DNA of 61,629 nucleotides. It comes from Paraglomus brasilianum. Lineage: Eukaryota. Of the stretch, positions 1-16,500 are shown in pieces. The stretch covers positions 1 through 61,629 of the forward strand of contig CAJVPI010000069.1 in assembly GCA_910592345.1 (NCBI GenBank). The letters are read 5' to 3'. Position 1 is the stretch's first letter. Each line of letters starts with the position of its first letter. The notes under the pieces are model-generated. The model saw nothing but the letters and a program-made list of their open reading frames with translations. It was not told the origin of the DNA and searched no databases. Position numbers and translations under genes: made by a program.

Positions 1-2146
1 TATAGCGTTTTGTGCTGTCGCGGAAAAAACGCAACATTTTGTTTCCTAATGCAGTGTAGCGCCGTTGCGGATTTTCGCAACGCTGTTATTACTAAATAAA
101 TGCTTTTTGTGAAACTGAACTAAAATTAGTGTTGATCATGGGGTTGTTTGACTGCGGGGGAAGATTTTACCATGTGACTCACTTATCTGATTCATCAGAT
201 CGTAACATTAGGGAGATATAAAATGGAAATAAACATGATATATTTGAGCGTTGTTTACAACCCTGATTTTTTATTTAATATACTATGTGTGCATCCATGG
301 CGTAATGATGCCATCTCTTGCACGTTTGTCAATAAAGAGTATTCTATCCATTGTATATAGGCATCATACAGAGTCTTTGTATTTTCCACGATTCCATAAT
401 GAATGAATTCAATGACTTGTTTCCTGTAGTTCAATCAAATGGTCTTGGTGTTATACATTCATAACAAAATGCATTTATTATCGATGTGTACACGTCAGAC
501 ATAATCCACACCCATCCCGTTCATTTATTAGATAATATTTTTTCACTTGCATAGTACGTAAATCCAATACCAATGGAACCCAAACATTGTTGATAAGAAT
601 ATCGGGATGCTCATCACATAACTAGTGGAATAATAAGCCATTAATTATACAAATAATTCAATAAACACAATGCATAATTGAATGATTTAGTCACCTTATC
701 ATAATATGAATCATCTGTCTCATCTGTTATCTCAATTCAACAGCTTGCATCAGTTAGAATATAATAAATAATACCTCATCATCAATACAATCACGTGGAA
801 TCCATTCCAAATAGACACATGTAATTGATATTTCTTAATAAACTCATCGAGTTGCTAGTCCATCCATCGGATAATTGTTTATGCATCACACAAGAAGAGT
901 ATTCCACATGCGGAGCAAAATTCATATCGAGAGTAACAGTGGCAATAATGGCAAAAGCGTCTATTAGCAACCATGTAAAATAGTTGTTATCATGTTCAGT
1001 AAATCCTTCTATCAGTCTATTGCGATTCTTAAGCCAAGCGGAATATCTTCCGAACCGATTAACCTCGCTATTGTACTCGTGAGTATATTCTGGCAAACTC
1101 ACTCACAAGTGTCGGTGTACATTCTTCGCTACTTCCAAGGAACACCAGTATTATCTTGCCATACTGATCGTAATAGACATGTTAATTTGAGTTGGCTTTA
1201 TTATGTTGGTTAATGAGGATTGAACCAAGTTGTCAAGTGCTGGATTATAATTAAAGTCTGGAACTAACGACATAGTTTGAGTAACCGTTTTTCAAGTACA
1301 AAATTCTCGAGAGAAGCATTCCTTGTGTTACATCGTTATCCGCCTCTTTATCACCTAATTTACGTTTGCATTCAGAAGAGATAATGCAGCAATGTTATTA
1401 ACATAGTTAAACGTGGAAAATAATATTTCGACCGCCAAATTAACAAATAGTAGTCTGCTGAAGCAGCAATTAAGCATACAATTTTTATGGCTGACAATGG
1501 ACATACGTTTTGCTTGTATTGATTTAAAAATATGTGTTTTTCTTTCCGTTACTTTGACGACACGAAGAATTGGCACGAACTAAAAGCAAATTGAGTGTTG
1601 TTTCTTGGCTACCAACTACAACTATTCGTTTAAAGGTTGTCTCAGAATTATCGAATATCGGTTAGTGGTATACATCAGTTAATGGATTGGTTTTAGCGCA
1701 TGAATGTTTGTTGATTGGTAAGTGATCACATTATTGCATTATGATTCGAAACTTTAGATCATGATGTCGCTCACATTCTTTCTTAAATTAATAATATTAT
1801 TAATTTTTATCGAATTTATGAAGTTGCGTACTAACCGTTTTAATGTAGTGAAACACGCAGGCCTCGTACATATCCTAGCTTTATTGCTGAATCCATACCT
1901 CGGTTTCGGTATGACACAATTTGTCAATCCGAATTGCGTGCAATTGAATGAATACTAGCAATCAATTTCTAACAACACGTGATGCAGATCAAAAGCATCA
2001 ACTTCATTTATATGTCAATTTGTATGATTGGCAAAAGAAGTTAGAACATGTCCGAGAATGGGATAATAACAAGGTTAGATGCAGGATCACGAGGCATGAA
2101 TGGAAATTTATAAATAGCGGTGTGACTTTGCCACTGACTTTTAAAA

Positions 2147-4074
2147 ATGTCATCTCCGAAAGCACGCATCAATCAGATAACCAGCCACTTGACCAATGAC
2201 AGCCAACCTCGGCTTGACGGACTAGTGTGCATTATTACAGGAGCCGGATCTGAAATAGGAATTGGGTACGTGAGAAGGAATAGTCAAGTCATGCGTTTGC
2301 AGAACATCTTGATCATTTAATCAAATTAAACACAATGTAGTCGGGCAACTGCATGGATTTTTGCGAAACATGGTAACGGAACATTGCTAAATTACAAACC
2401 TAACGATTTTATCGTCTCTTTTTTTAATGCCTGCTTCTCACCGTCTCTAACATTCGATAGGGCCCAAAGCAATCTACGTCACGGATTGCCAATACGATCT
2501 TCTTCCCTCTCTTGCCAAAGATATTCAAGCAAAATACCCATCCGTTACGGTAATCCCTAAAAAAGTAGACGCGACCAGCGAAGCAGATGTGAGTGGAGTG
2601 GTCAAAGATGCGATCGATGCGTTTGGACGGTTGGATGTTTTCTTTGCCAATGCTGGTAAGGAGACGTAACAAATTTCGGTTGGAGATTAGTTTAAATATT
2701 ACAGAAATCTTACTCCTTGTTAAATTGTTATTCGTATTGTAGGATCGGGCAGCGTGTCTTCATTTGTTGATGGTGACGCATCTGCTTGTATGAATATCAT
2801 GAGAGTAAGCATTCATTTGTTATGCATTTAAAGCACGTTTCTATATAAATGATTATATTTTCCTGATTGCCATGTTTTTGTAACAGGTCAATTCACTAAG
2901 GTAATGTAGACGGTCAATTATTTAATAATCTGCTCGAATCATTATCTAAATATCCATCTTCCATGACTTTTAAAATTCAATAAGCGTCTTTCTCGCCATC
3001 AAATTCGCGTCCGGGGCAATGAAAATTACTGGCGGCAAAGGTGGCAAAGAGAAATCTTCCGGATCTATAATTGCCACTGCTTCCGGTCTGTATATAAGAA
3101 TTTTATGGGCTATTGTGTGCTGTGAATATGGGTACCGAAATCGTTGAAAGCGTGCGACTCTTGGCATGAGAAGGATGCAGTAACATTAAATATTAATGTA
3201 TGGGACATTATCGCAGCTTGTTGATTAAGCACGCATAGAAAATGTCCAGTTCAATGACGAAGCATTTACTGTTGGAAAGCTGAAATCTATTAATTATAGT
3301 GAGGGCTTGCGATCAGTCAAAGAGCAAACGAACGAACCAATGCCTCGCCACGGGTGTTCTCGCGAAAACTTAAACCAACCTCTATCAGTACTTTCAAAAA
3401 ATTAATTGTTCGGTTACCCATATCTCACAATTACACCTCGTGCTCATATTGCGTGCGGCTTTGGCTAATACTGCTAAACATTTCCCTCTACTTTAGTGGC
3501 CGGAATACGATCCGGTGCTGGCGGAGCTGGTTATTCTGCTGCTAAAGCTGCGTAAGTCAAAACGTACTTGATTTCTTTAAAATATACGACGAGATTAACT
3601 CATTAATGTGTATTATAGAGCTGTAAATTTTGTTCAGACTGGTGCGTGTCACTTGGCTGGCACAAATATTCGTGTCAATGCTGTTTGTCCTGTACGTATT
3701 TTTCTTTGCACTGTATTTCGATATTACCAATTGTACATCCAAATGATTACTCACTTGCCTTCGATAGGGTTTGATCGAGACAAATATGACAAAGATAGTC
3801 TTTGACTCGGCTCGTGCAAGACAAACGGTTGACAGAATTGGTCAGTTGAATCCTTTGCAACGCTTTGGCAATCCCGAGGAGGTGAGAATCTGTCAAATTC
3901 TAAACACGGTTTTTGAGACTATTATAAACATGTCATTTGTGGAATATCTAGGTTGCAAACGTGGTGGCGTTCCTTGCAAGTAACGAGAGTTCATACGTGA
4001 ATGGTCAAGCATTGGCGATTGATGGCGGATTATCAGCCTCCCTGCCGGTTCGTCCGGGAAAATGGATAATGTAA
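2147..4074 (+). CDS. Classical short-chain dehydrogenase/reductase (SDR), 10 exons, N-terminal PTS2-like signal
   Basis: Manual splicing at GT-AG sites gives MSSPKARINQITSHL...VCIITGAGSEIGIG (Rossmann motif), GRLDVFFANAG, GSIIATASVAG, catalytic YSAAK, IRVNAVCPG, and YVNGQALAIDGGLSASLPVRPGKWIM-TAA (4072-4074). Exon 1 2147-2265, exon 2 2341-2372, exon 3 from 2461, 14-nt micro-exon 2887-2900. Confidence 0.93.
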
Positions 4075-4564
4075 CAGTATCTGTTCATATCCATCATCCG
4101 GAATCTGTTGACTATCTGAAGAATAAATATGGAATTTTGTCTCACAAATTATCCCGAGTCATCCGTCAATATTGTTTACTTTAGTTAATATTTATTACAG
4201 AATGCTAAAAAAAAAAAAAAGAACACATGCTGAGAACAATGCCAATGTGAACTTTCAATTATATTGATCAAAAGCAAAAAATTCTAGTTATAACCAGGTC
4301 TAAATATCTTGCTTATTTCCATTTGCTCCCTTGAATGTACTATGTCATCCGCCTCTGTCATTCGCATCTCTTTCCTCACGCCTCCCTGTCCACTTCAACG
4401 TGTACATACATATTTATATCTCCAATCGTCTCATTATTACATCTTCAAAAAAAAACAACAAACTAACTAAACAAACCTAAAAATAAGCCTATGTACCACC
4501 CTTTCATTTCTAACCAATCTAGTCTCGAAACGAAAGTTTTTGATCAATTTATTGTTGCGAAAGC

Positions 4565-8676
<4,112 letters not shown>

Positions 8677-9959
8677 TATGTAAAGTATTAAGAAAGGATT
8701 TAAGGGTCAAGGTTATCTGACAAAGTCAAAAAAAGAACAAGGTGCGGGTCGATAATGGGTGCAGGATGGAGGATTTATTTTGATTTGCGACCTTTTTTGC
8801 TGCGTAAATTGGAATTAACGGAGATTTAACACATGACATAAGGAGAAAGTTTTGATAAAGCTAGCTGTCACAAAGTTTATTTAATTGATTGAGGGCCAAA
8901 CGAAAATAAAAGTAAAGAGCAGCGAATTTGAGTTTCAAGAAATGACAAGACAATCGATCGGTTCAAATTCACGGCTTTTCACATTCACGCTAAAGTTTTG
9001 TGCTTCTAAATAATGGATAATTAGAATAGGAACTAGTGCGTCTCACAAATGCTTCTCTGTCAGAAACAAAGCAGGTAGACTGCAGATGGATCACAGACAT
9101 TGAAAGAGATGTTTTCTCAACTAGTCATTCTGCAAAGGTTTTGTAATTGATTCCAGAATATTATTATCGATTTCGATCTAACCTTACCTACATTTTTTGG
9201 GCTCGAGTTGTGCTTATTAAACAATGGATAGTTTCGTGACTGTCGCATTACGTAATCACATTCTAGTGATGTATCACATCAATCATGAGAAATGTGAGAG
9301 GGCATGCCCAAAGTGGATCTCGTATATTTCGATTGACGTTGTCAATATGAAGTTTGTTTGGTAGCAAAGTCACTTAATAACCCTCGTATGTTTAATCACA
9401 CATTATTCTAACCTATTAGTAAGTAAGATGCTATATTCTGTAACGTTACCTATTCAGGAGCTTGTACAATGACAACTTTACTTTAAGCATAAAGGATAGG
9501 GCAAACATTTACTCTATCCGCGCTGCCTGTATTTCTACTGTAGATTTATATGGGGCTTATAAAAATAATGGTAATGTTATAGCTAATTATAAGTTTAGCA
9601 ACTTGTCCTTTTTTATCCCCTATTTATATTGACTGCACTTAAATTAGAAATTGTCTATTTTATCATGATTATCTTCTATTTATAAAATAAAAATTTCCCT
9701 ATTGAACAAAAAAATTATGGTTTGCAAATAAGCTTTTACTTGACTCATAAATAAAAAACGCATTTGTTTACAATTATGTATAGTTCATTACCTTCAATTG
9801 AGCGTGCAAATTAGAGTTACTTTTCGTTTACCATTTTTACAAAATTCTCTAAATTATTGTAAGATTCAAACTAATGCAATTGAGTGGCCATCCAATAAAA
9901 ATGTGTAATTTATTATAAAAATAGCTTTGCCCTGTTACAAGATAATGCTCATCTACCAA

Positions 9960-10590
9960 TTTCTTTTTTCTTCTGTTAGTTTTGTAGTAATTCTCGCTAA
10001 TTTAGCCTTAACTAGATGTTCCTTGTATTTTTCGGTAAATCTTTCCTTTTTGCGAGCATTATACATATCACATAAATTCGTTATTGGACTCATAATAAGG
10101 CGCTAGTTTGGTGCCATGACTTGCGGAATGCGTCATGTTTTGACAATTTCAACGTGCTATTCTTTCAAGACCTGCAATAAAATCACGATAGACTGGTTTG
10201 TAACTCGTTTCGTTGGCAAAAGTGTAAGCATTGAGTAATGCATTAACATTTCTACCGGGGCTTGGTAATTCCACGAACTTCAGCATAATTTTCGAGAAAA
10301 TTCTTTACAGCTGTAGCACGTCATACAATTCGTTGCCGATTAATCCCTAACATAAATGAAATACGTCTTCTGACAAAGTAATGTATTGCAATCTCAGTAG
10401 TTTATTAGTACGCGTTTTCTTTTTAAACATCGGCTGGTACTTACTTCTCCACCATCCATTGCCTTCAGTGGGCCATTAAAATATATCTTGTTTGGATCTA
10501 GAGAGAGCTTGAAACTCCACGGCACACTTTTCTCTCGAAATCTTTTTTGAGCAACTACAATCACAATCTATTTATAAGAAACGTATTGCA
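9960..10590 (-). pseudogene. Decayed DNA-transposon protein remnant (possibly Sola-like transposase family)
   Basis: Frameshifted fragments AVKNFLENYAEVRG / LPSPGR..ETSYKPVYRDF / PITNLCD / KYKEHLVKAKL resemble transposase-associated proteins recalled from AM fungal genomes. Many stops; no clear TIRs found. Confidence 0.5.
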
Positions 10591-13500
10591 TCTTCATATT
10601 CGGTAAAATTATTGCAATTATTATTATTCTTCTTCATATACACTTAATTCTATATGTACAGTCCCCGAAAAGTAATGGCGGGGAGCTTTTTTCTGAAATA
10701 ATATGAACAGGCATAATATAGTAATAACTATACAAAACATCTAATATTTGTAATTGTAAGTTTGTATTTCTAAAAGGTATAAATAGGCAGAGAGAACGAC
10801 CAAGTTTGACATGCTTTTTGCATCAGTCTTGATGACTTGAAAATAACAAATAAATAATTTCTAACTCTTATTCTTGAAATAAACCAACTATCGGTAAATG
10901 AATTCTAATCACCCGTTTTGATAAAATAAACATTATCGACCTTGCATGTTAAAATCGACGACGATCAACTTCGGTTAACTTATTGCAAGCGATCCAATGC
11001 TGGAAACGATCAGTTAGAATGAAAGGATAATAAATGCAATATCGTTCTTAAGTCTCCTGAAGCGACTATCGTGAAGGAGCTTAATGTTATAAACATAACG
11101 ATATGGAAGCTGGTTCTACAATAAGACTTCCGCTACGATAATGAATGAAATAAAGCTTTATAACGGGCGTACTAGTTCGATGGACAATAATTGTTTGTTA
11201 AGAAAGATCATGTTTAAGAATAAAGTAAAAGCATTCGTAATTGAGTACGTTCGCTAAGAATAAGAGTTAATGATGTTGTGTCAATATTATTACTGGGGGC
11301 GAGTTTTCCGTCGGCTTGTAACGTAGTGGTCTCACTATGTATCCCTTCGTGGCGAACATTTAATTCCTTGGCCAACACGAAGGCTACCGATAGTGTTAAG
11401 TGAAAGAGAATATTATTATCTCTAGTGTATGTATCGCTGCTAATAAACATAAAAGTAATGGTTGGATAACTATAATAATAATAATTCACTGTGTCAGAGT
11501 TATGCTTCTCTGCGCTTAAAAGGAACAGAATATTCGTCTAGACATGTGGTTATCGTGGCGAGTTATGATTGTAGATGGCTATTACGAAAGTAATTCGTAT
11601 AATCGTTAATCACAATGCCCAATCATGAAGCGATACTGAAAAAACCCTCAGGTATTATAGCCTATCGCGTTCACACACTGGCTGGTGCGCTAAGAGCCTA
11701 AAAGCCTTGTTTTTCGAATGTCGATTGTTATTATAATTTAGTCAGATCGACACAACGACTGCCAATATGCTTTTTATATCAATGTTATTTAATGACTACT
11801 AAAATATCTCTAATGTTTAAAATGACTTATTCCAAAGGAAAAGTTACTATTAACAAATTTTTATGAATTCAATTCTTCATGAGTCTTTAATTAGTCCTCC
11901 CCCTTAACTTTATTATGCCAAGGTATTATTTGCTCAAAAAATTAAGGATTTCTCCCCACTTATTAACTTCCTCTTCCCGGATCCTTGTCAATATTACTTT
12001 TGGCATTTTTCTGCATCCGTCAACCGTTTCTTGCCTCCAACAACTCTTGTTTCGAGTCTTCAACAATTACCATTTTTGTTTGTTTATAAGAAGTGTCGCG
12101 CTCAATATAGCGCTGATCAGTGGCTTAATCAATAACGTATCTATTGTTTCCGTTGTATGCAGTGTGACCAATGATAGTTGATGCGCAAAAATTCGCGTTT
12201 ACTTCACAACGCAATAAATATATCGTTAAAACGGTACATTGTTTAAAATAACAAAATGAATCTGTCAATAGCAATCTACAAAAATGCTTACATTCACAAG
12301 CAAATTCTTTTGTGACTATTAATGGCCTTGGTGGAAACTTTGACGTTAAATTATTTTCGTATATTTTCTTCTACCTTTTTTATTTAATTTTGAATTTGAT
12401 GCCCAATTAATATTGTACTTGTTCCCCTTATTTGATCTGCATCACTAACTGTATGGGCACACAATATTCTAATTAGTATTGGAGAATTTGAAGCACTCTG
12501 CCTGCAGAATATTAATACACTGAATTCTTTCTTTACATAGTCCACTATCTGCTATATTAATATAGAGAAACCACTTGAGTTTACAAGGCAAGCAGTGGCA
12601 CTGATAATTAAAATAAAGAAAAGAGCTGCTGCTATACAAAAAAGCATATTTTGGAATTCATGCCTTAATATTAATTTCTGTGTGGATAAATCACCGACTG
12701 TGACCGGTTTATTTGTAATTAAATAGTCACGTCATAAATTTGAATGCAGCATTAGATTTTAAGTTTGTTAATTAATAGTAAGTGGATCAAAGTATGTTAC
12801 ATTACGCATAAAAAGAGAAGACAGAACAGTGGGCTCCTCTATTAGATGACAACCTAAACATTTTGTCAGAAATGGAGACCCAGTTCTAGTTCCAAGAATT
12901 TCTATTTAAGCTATAATATAAAGAATCTTTTTCTTCAGCGTCAAATTACAGGAGATTATTAAGTCATTAAAATAATCTTTCGGGAGGCGTTCATTCACCG
13001 ACTGGTCAATTCTTAAATATTAAAACATCGTATAAACATTAGTATTAGATATTATTTACAAAGATTGATCCAAGCCTTTGTCATATACAAGTGACTTTGG
13101 TTATAACGACAATCGGGCAATTAAAAAAAATACATGTTGTTGCGCGTAAAACAAGAATTCATACGGTTTTAATCATCGTGACAACATGTTACTAATAGAC
13201 TTTCTTGGGGGCACTGCCCACAATACTTCGCTTAATTAGTATCACAAATAATGTAGAAACAACTTTTATATAAAGTCGTTGTCTATAAATTATATTACTA
13301 TTTTTCTAAAAATCTTAAGAGAATTTTGTATATAGCGTGATTGCACATTAACTTTATTGTTGTTTAGTATATTTGGTTATAATAAACGACAATATAATAA
13401 TTGTTGGCAAAATAATTGTTGGTGAATGTACTGTCGATGAAATGATTGTCGCTGAAATGAACCGCACTCGTTAGCCCATCTTATCGAGTAATTTTAACTA

Positions 13501-16500
13501 CCAGTTTATCTTATGACAGACTATATAGTTAATATGATTTCCAACTGACCGCTTTTCAATTGTGGAAGCATTCCAATGTGTTGTTAGGATTAAGTGTAGT
13601 AGTCAAGTAATATTAAATTTAATGCTTGCTTGTTGAATCAAATTTATAAAGGCAAAGTGAGTTATCTTGTCAACAATTATAAATACCTCAATGATCTAAA
13701 AGTATTGATTTCCTCCTATATTTACTATCAGTGCTAAGAAATTCTCTTACATTTACGCGTATTTTATAAAGTATTCGGCCACGTTCCCCGCCGCGGTAGT
13801 AAAAGCGTCATTATTTTCGTGTTAGAGTTGACACCTCTGCTTAGTCCTTGTCAGTACAATCACTGGAAAGTAATCAATCCTCATCCTATAGAGTGAATGG
13901 CAGTGACCCAACAGGTGATAACGTAAAAAAATATGTTATTGTTTGTATATAGAGTATTTTTCTACATAGAGTAAATAATACTGTACAATTGCCAATTTGT
14001 GCTGTGACTGTTGAGACTTTGTGCGGTCAATAACATAATGAAATTTATACTAGTGAGCTAACCCAACTCCATTCTTCAATAGAGCAAATGACAGTCCTCT
14101 GATACTAAATAACAATGAAAAAAATAAATTATTGACCTACTATGTCAGGCTCTTTAGATTTTAGACTAGTTTCTGAGTGATGCTAGAAGGCTATTATAAG
14201 AATTAAATAATTGGGCCCGCGGACTGAAAAGCCAAATTTAAATTACTGTGCTCAAAACATTCAGGAAAAAAAATCATCTAATTGTAACCAAACCAACCCT
14301 TTGCAACATAAACATAAAGATACTACTTCAGTGATCTTATTTCCAAAATGCACATAAATTATATTTAAGGATTTATGCAAACATGCAGGACAATTCTATA
14401 TGGTCATGACAACTTCTCTTATAGTTTCAGCTTCTATGTTTTATGCTTCTTACCTGGGCACATGCATTATTCTTATAGAATAGTAAAGCTAAACGACTTA
14501 CTAATGATAAAGTTACTATGATAGAGTTACAAGTTGTTATAATGACAGATATGTACATCTTCTAACATATTGAAATTTTGGGAAAATAAAATATGCCAGA
14601 AAGTTTTGGTTTTTTCTTTCGAGCAGCTTATTGTATAGGTTGATTACAACAAAAATCTAATGCACTAGCACATACTATTATGTAGATGCAATTTTCATTA
14701 TCTATTTAGATAGAAACTTATCAACATTTAGGACAATAACAAATTGGCTTGAAAACGTGATTATAATTTATAGGGTTATCATCACCATGCACCAATCCTT
14801 TGATTACATGGACCCTGTTTAGTTTCAACGCAAATTATCTATCATTCCAGTTAATAGAGAAGGTGATATATGTAGAATGACGTAATTTAACCTTGTAAAT
14901 CCTCTACTAGAAATACCCAATTGATAATTCTGGCCAGCAAAGATTTCAGCTGTATCTTTGACACTGCAAGTTGCAACTCTATTTAAGTCTTAGACAATTT
15001 AGCTATATAATCAAATAGTAATAGGCCATATTGCGACGGCAGTAGAAGTAAATTTGGCTGATGACACTATAATGTAAAGCAGTAATTTTATTCCATTGAG
15101 AGCATATGATAAATGTACACAGTTCATCTTTGTGATTCGAGTTTTAGCTTTCAGCAAATGGTTTGCTCCCGGCAGAAACTCTTGTGGTAGAATTCCGACT
15201 TTAACCAATGCAGATATCATGACATGTCTCTCAAAGCCTACTCCCCTCCTTCCCCCAAAAAAGATAGGCCCTATTGTTGATACGATCAAGTGAAACGAAC
15301 AAACAGACCCCCCCCCTCCACGTTTATTAAAACCTATTTCGTAAGAGACCCAACTAGATTTCAGACTTACAAAACAATAACATTGCCATTCGCCATAATA
15401 ATAATGAGGGAATATAGGTAATATACATAAATGACAAGTATCCCATGCAGTTGCGCCATATGTAAGATTATGTTTACGACAAAAACTCACACCGTTATTA
15501 TTACTTAATGTCCCAGTCCTCCAAATGCGTCGAATAGTACAAATCGAACGTGGAAGAGGAGATCATCAACTTTGATCTACAGTTCCCGTCCCGACTTTTG
15601 AATTTATTATGGTAAATACCTTGGGTATATTTACCTTAACTAGTCAAATTTAATTTTGTATAAACAAAACGCAAATGTTATGACCAATAAAGTTACACAT
15701 TAGAAGTGTATATTCTTGGGTTTTTAGACCATGGAAAGCTTCCGTTTGTCCCCTGTCGATCCTTATTATTACACAGTATAATACTTTAGACCCCCAAAAA
15801 TTTCCGCCGATGTGTCAAGTTTGATTGATCTACAAATTAATATGCGCCGATTACTTATTATTATATTTCATGGGTGTGGGTTAAACTCTCATTGAATAAT
15901 TAGTAATTGTTCAGGTTATCTAATATTGTTTATGTTTGGCCCTCGTGCAAAGTTTAATGAAAAAAGGGGTGGGGACGATTTAATAAACAATGTTGGTTTA
16001 GATACGTTTGTTGTTTCAGACGAACAATCGAAATGCTCGAGAAACTGAAACTTTTGAGCTGCTGGGGGGGATGATACTAATGCCCGCATAATATTAATAG
16101 ATACTAGCTGCACAACGTAATAATTATGTAAAATGAGAACATCTGCTTGTTCTTGTATGACAGAGTTCGCATGTATGTTTGTATATTGGAAAACGTATTA
16201 GCCATATTACTAATTAAGTTGTTATTAAAATGTACGCTCAGCCACAGCATTTAATATAGATTAATTAGTTATTTAGACCCGAATTGGGAAAGTGTCAATC
16301 AGGTGATGGTAGGAAGTGAATGCACTTTAATGTGTCATTGCTTTATTACATTACAGATCCAGTTCGCTTAATAAGAGTTTTCAATACGAAAACATTTATG
16401 TGTGTTAGTTTGTATTCAGTTGTCTACGTTTTGACGACCAATGACACAAAGAAGATAAATAAAGATCAGTGTTTCCTTGTTGATAATGACCGAGCCGCTG

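Noticed and set aside
300..1200. Minus-strand ORF fragments (791-1102 and a GWVWIMSD-containing frame near 500) suggesting a decayed gene
   Set aside because: No consistent domain order or splice model; many stops; cannot name a family.
3086..3496. Long SDR intron with C-box-like ATGACGA and a CTGA, possible snoRNA
   Set aside because: No terminal D box or stem found, and I could not identify an rRNA-complementary guide.
15011..15490. 159-aa minus-strand ORF
   Set aside because: Non-ATG start, no recognisable motifs, crosses homopolymer runs; likely chance or old debris.
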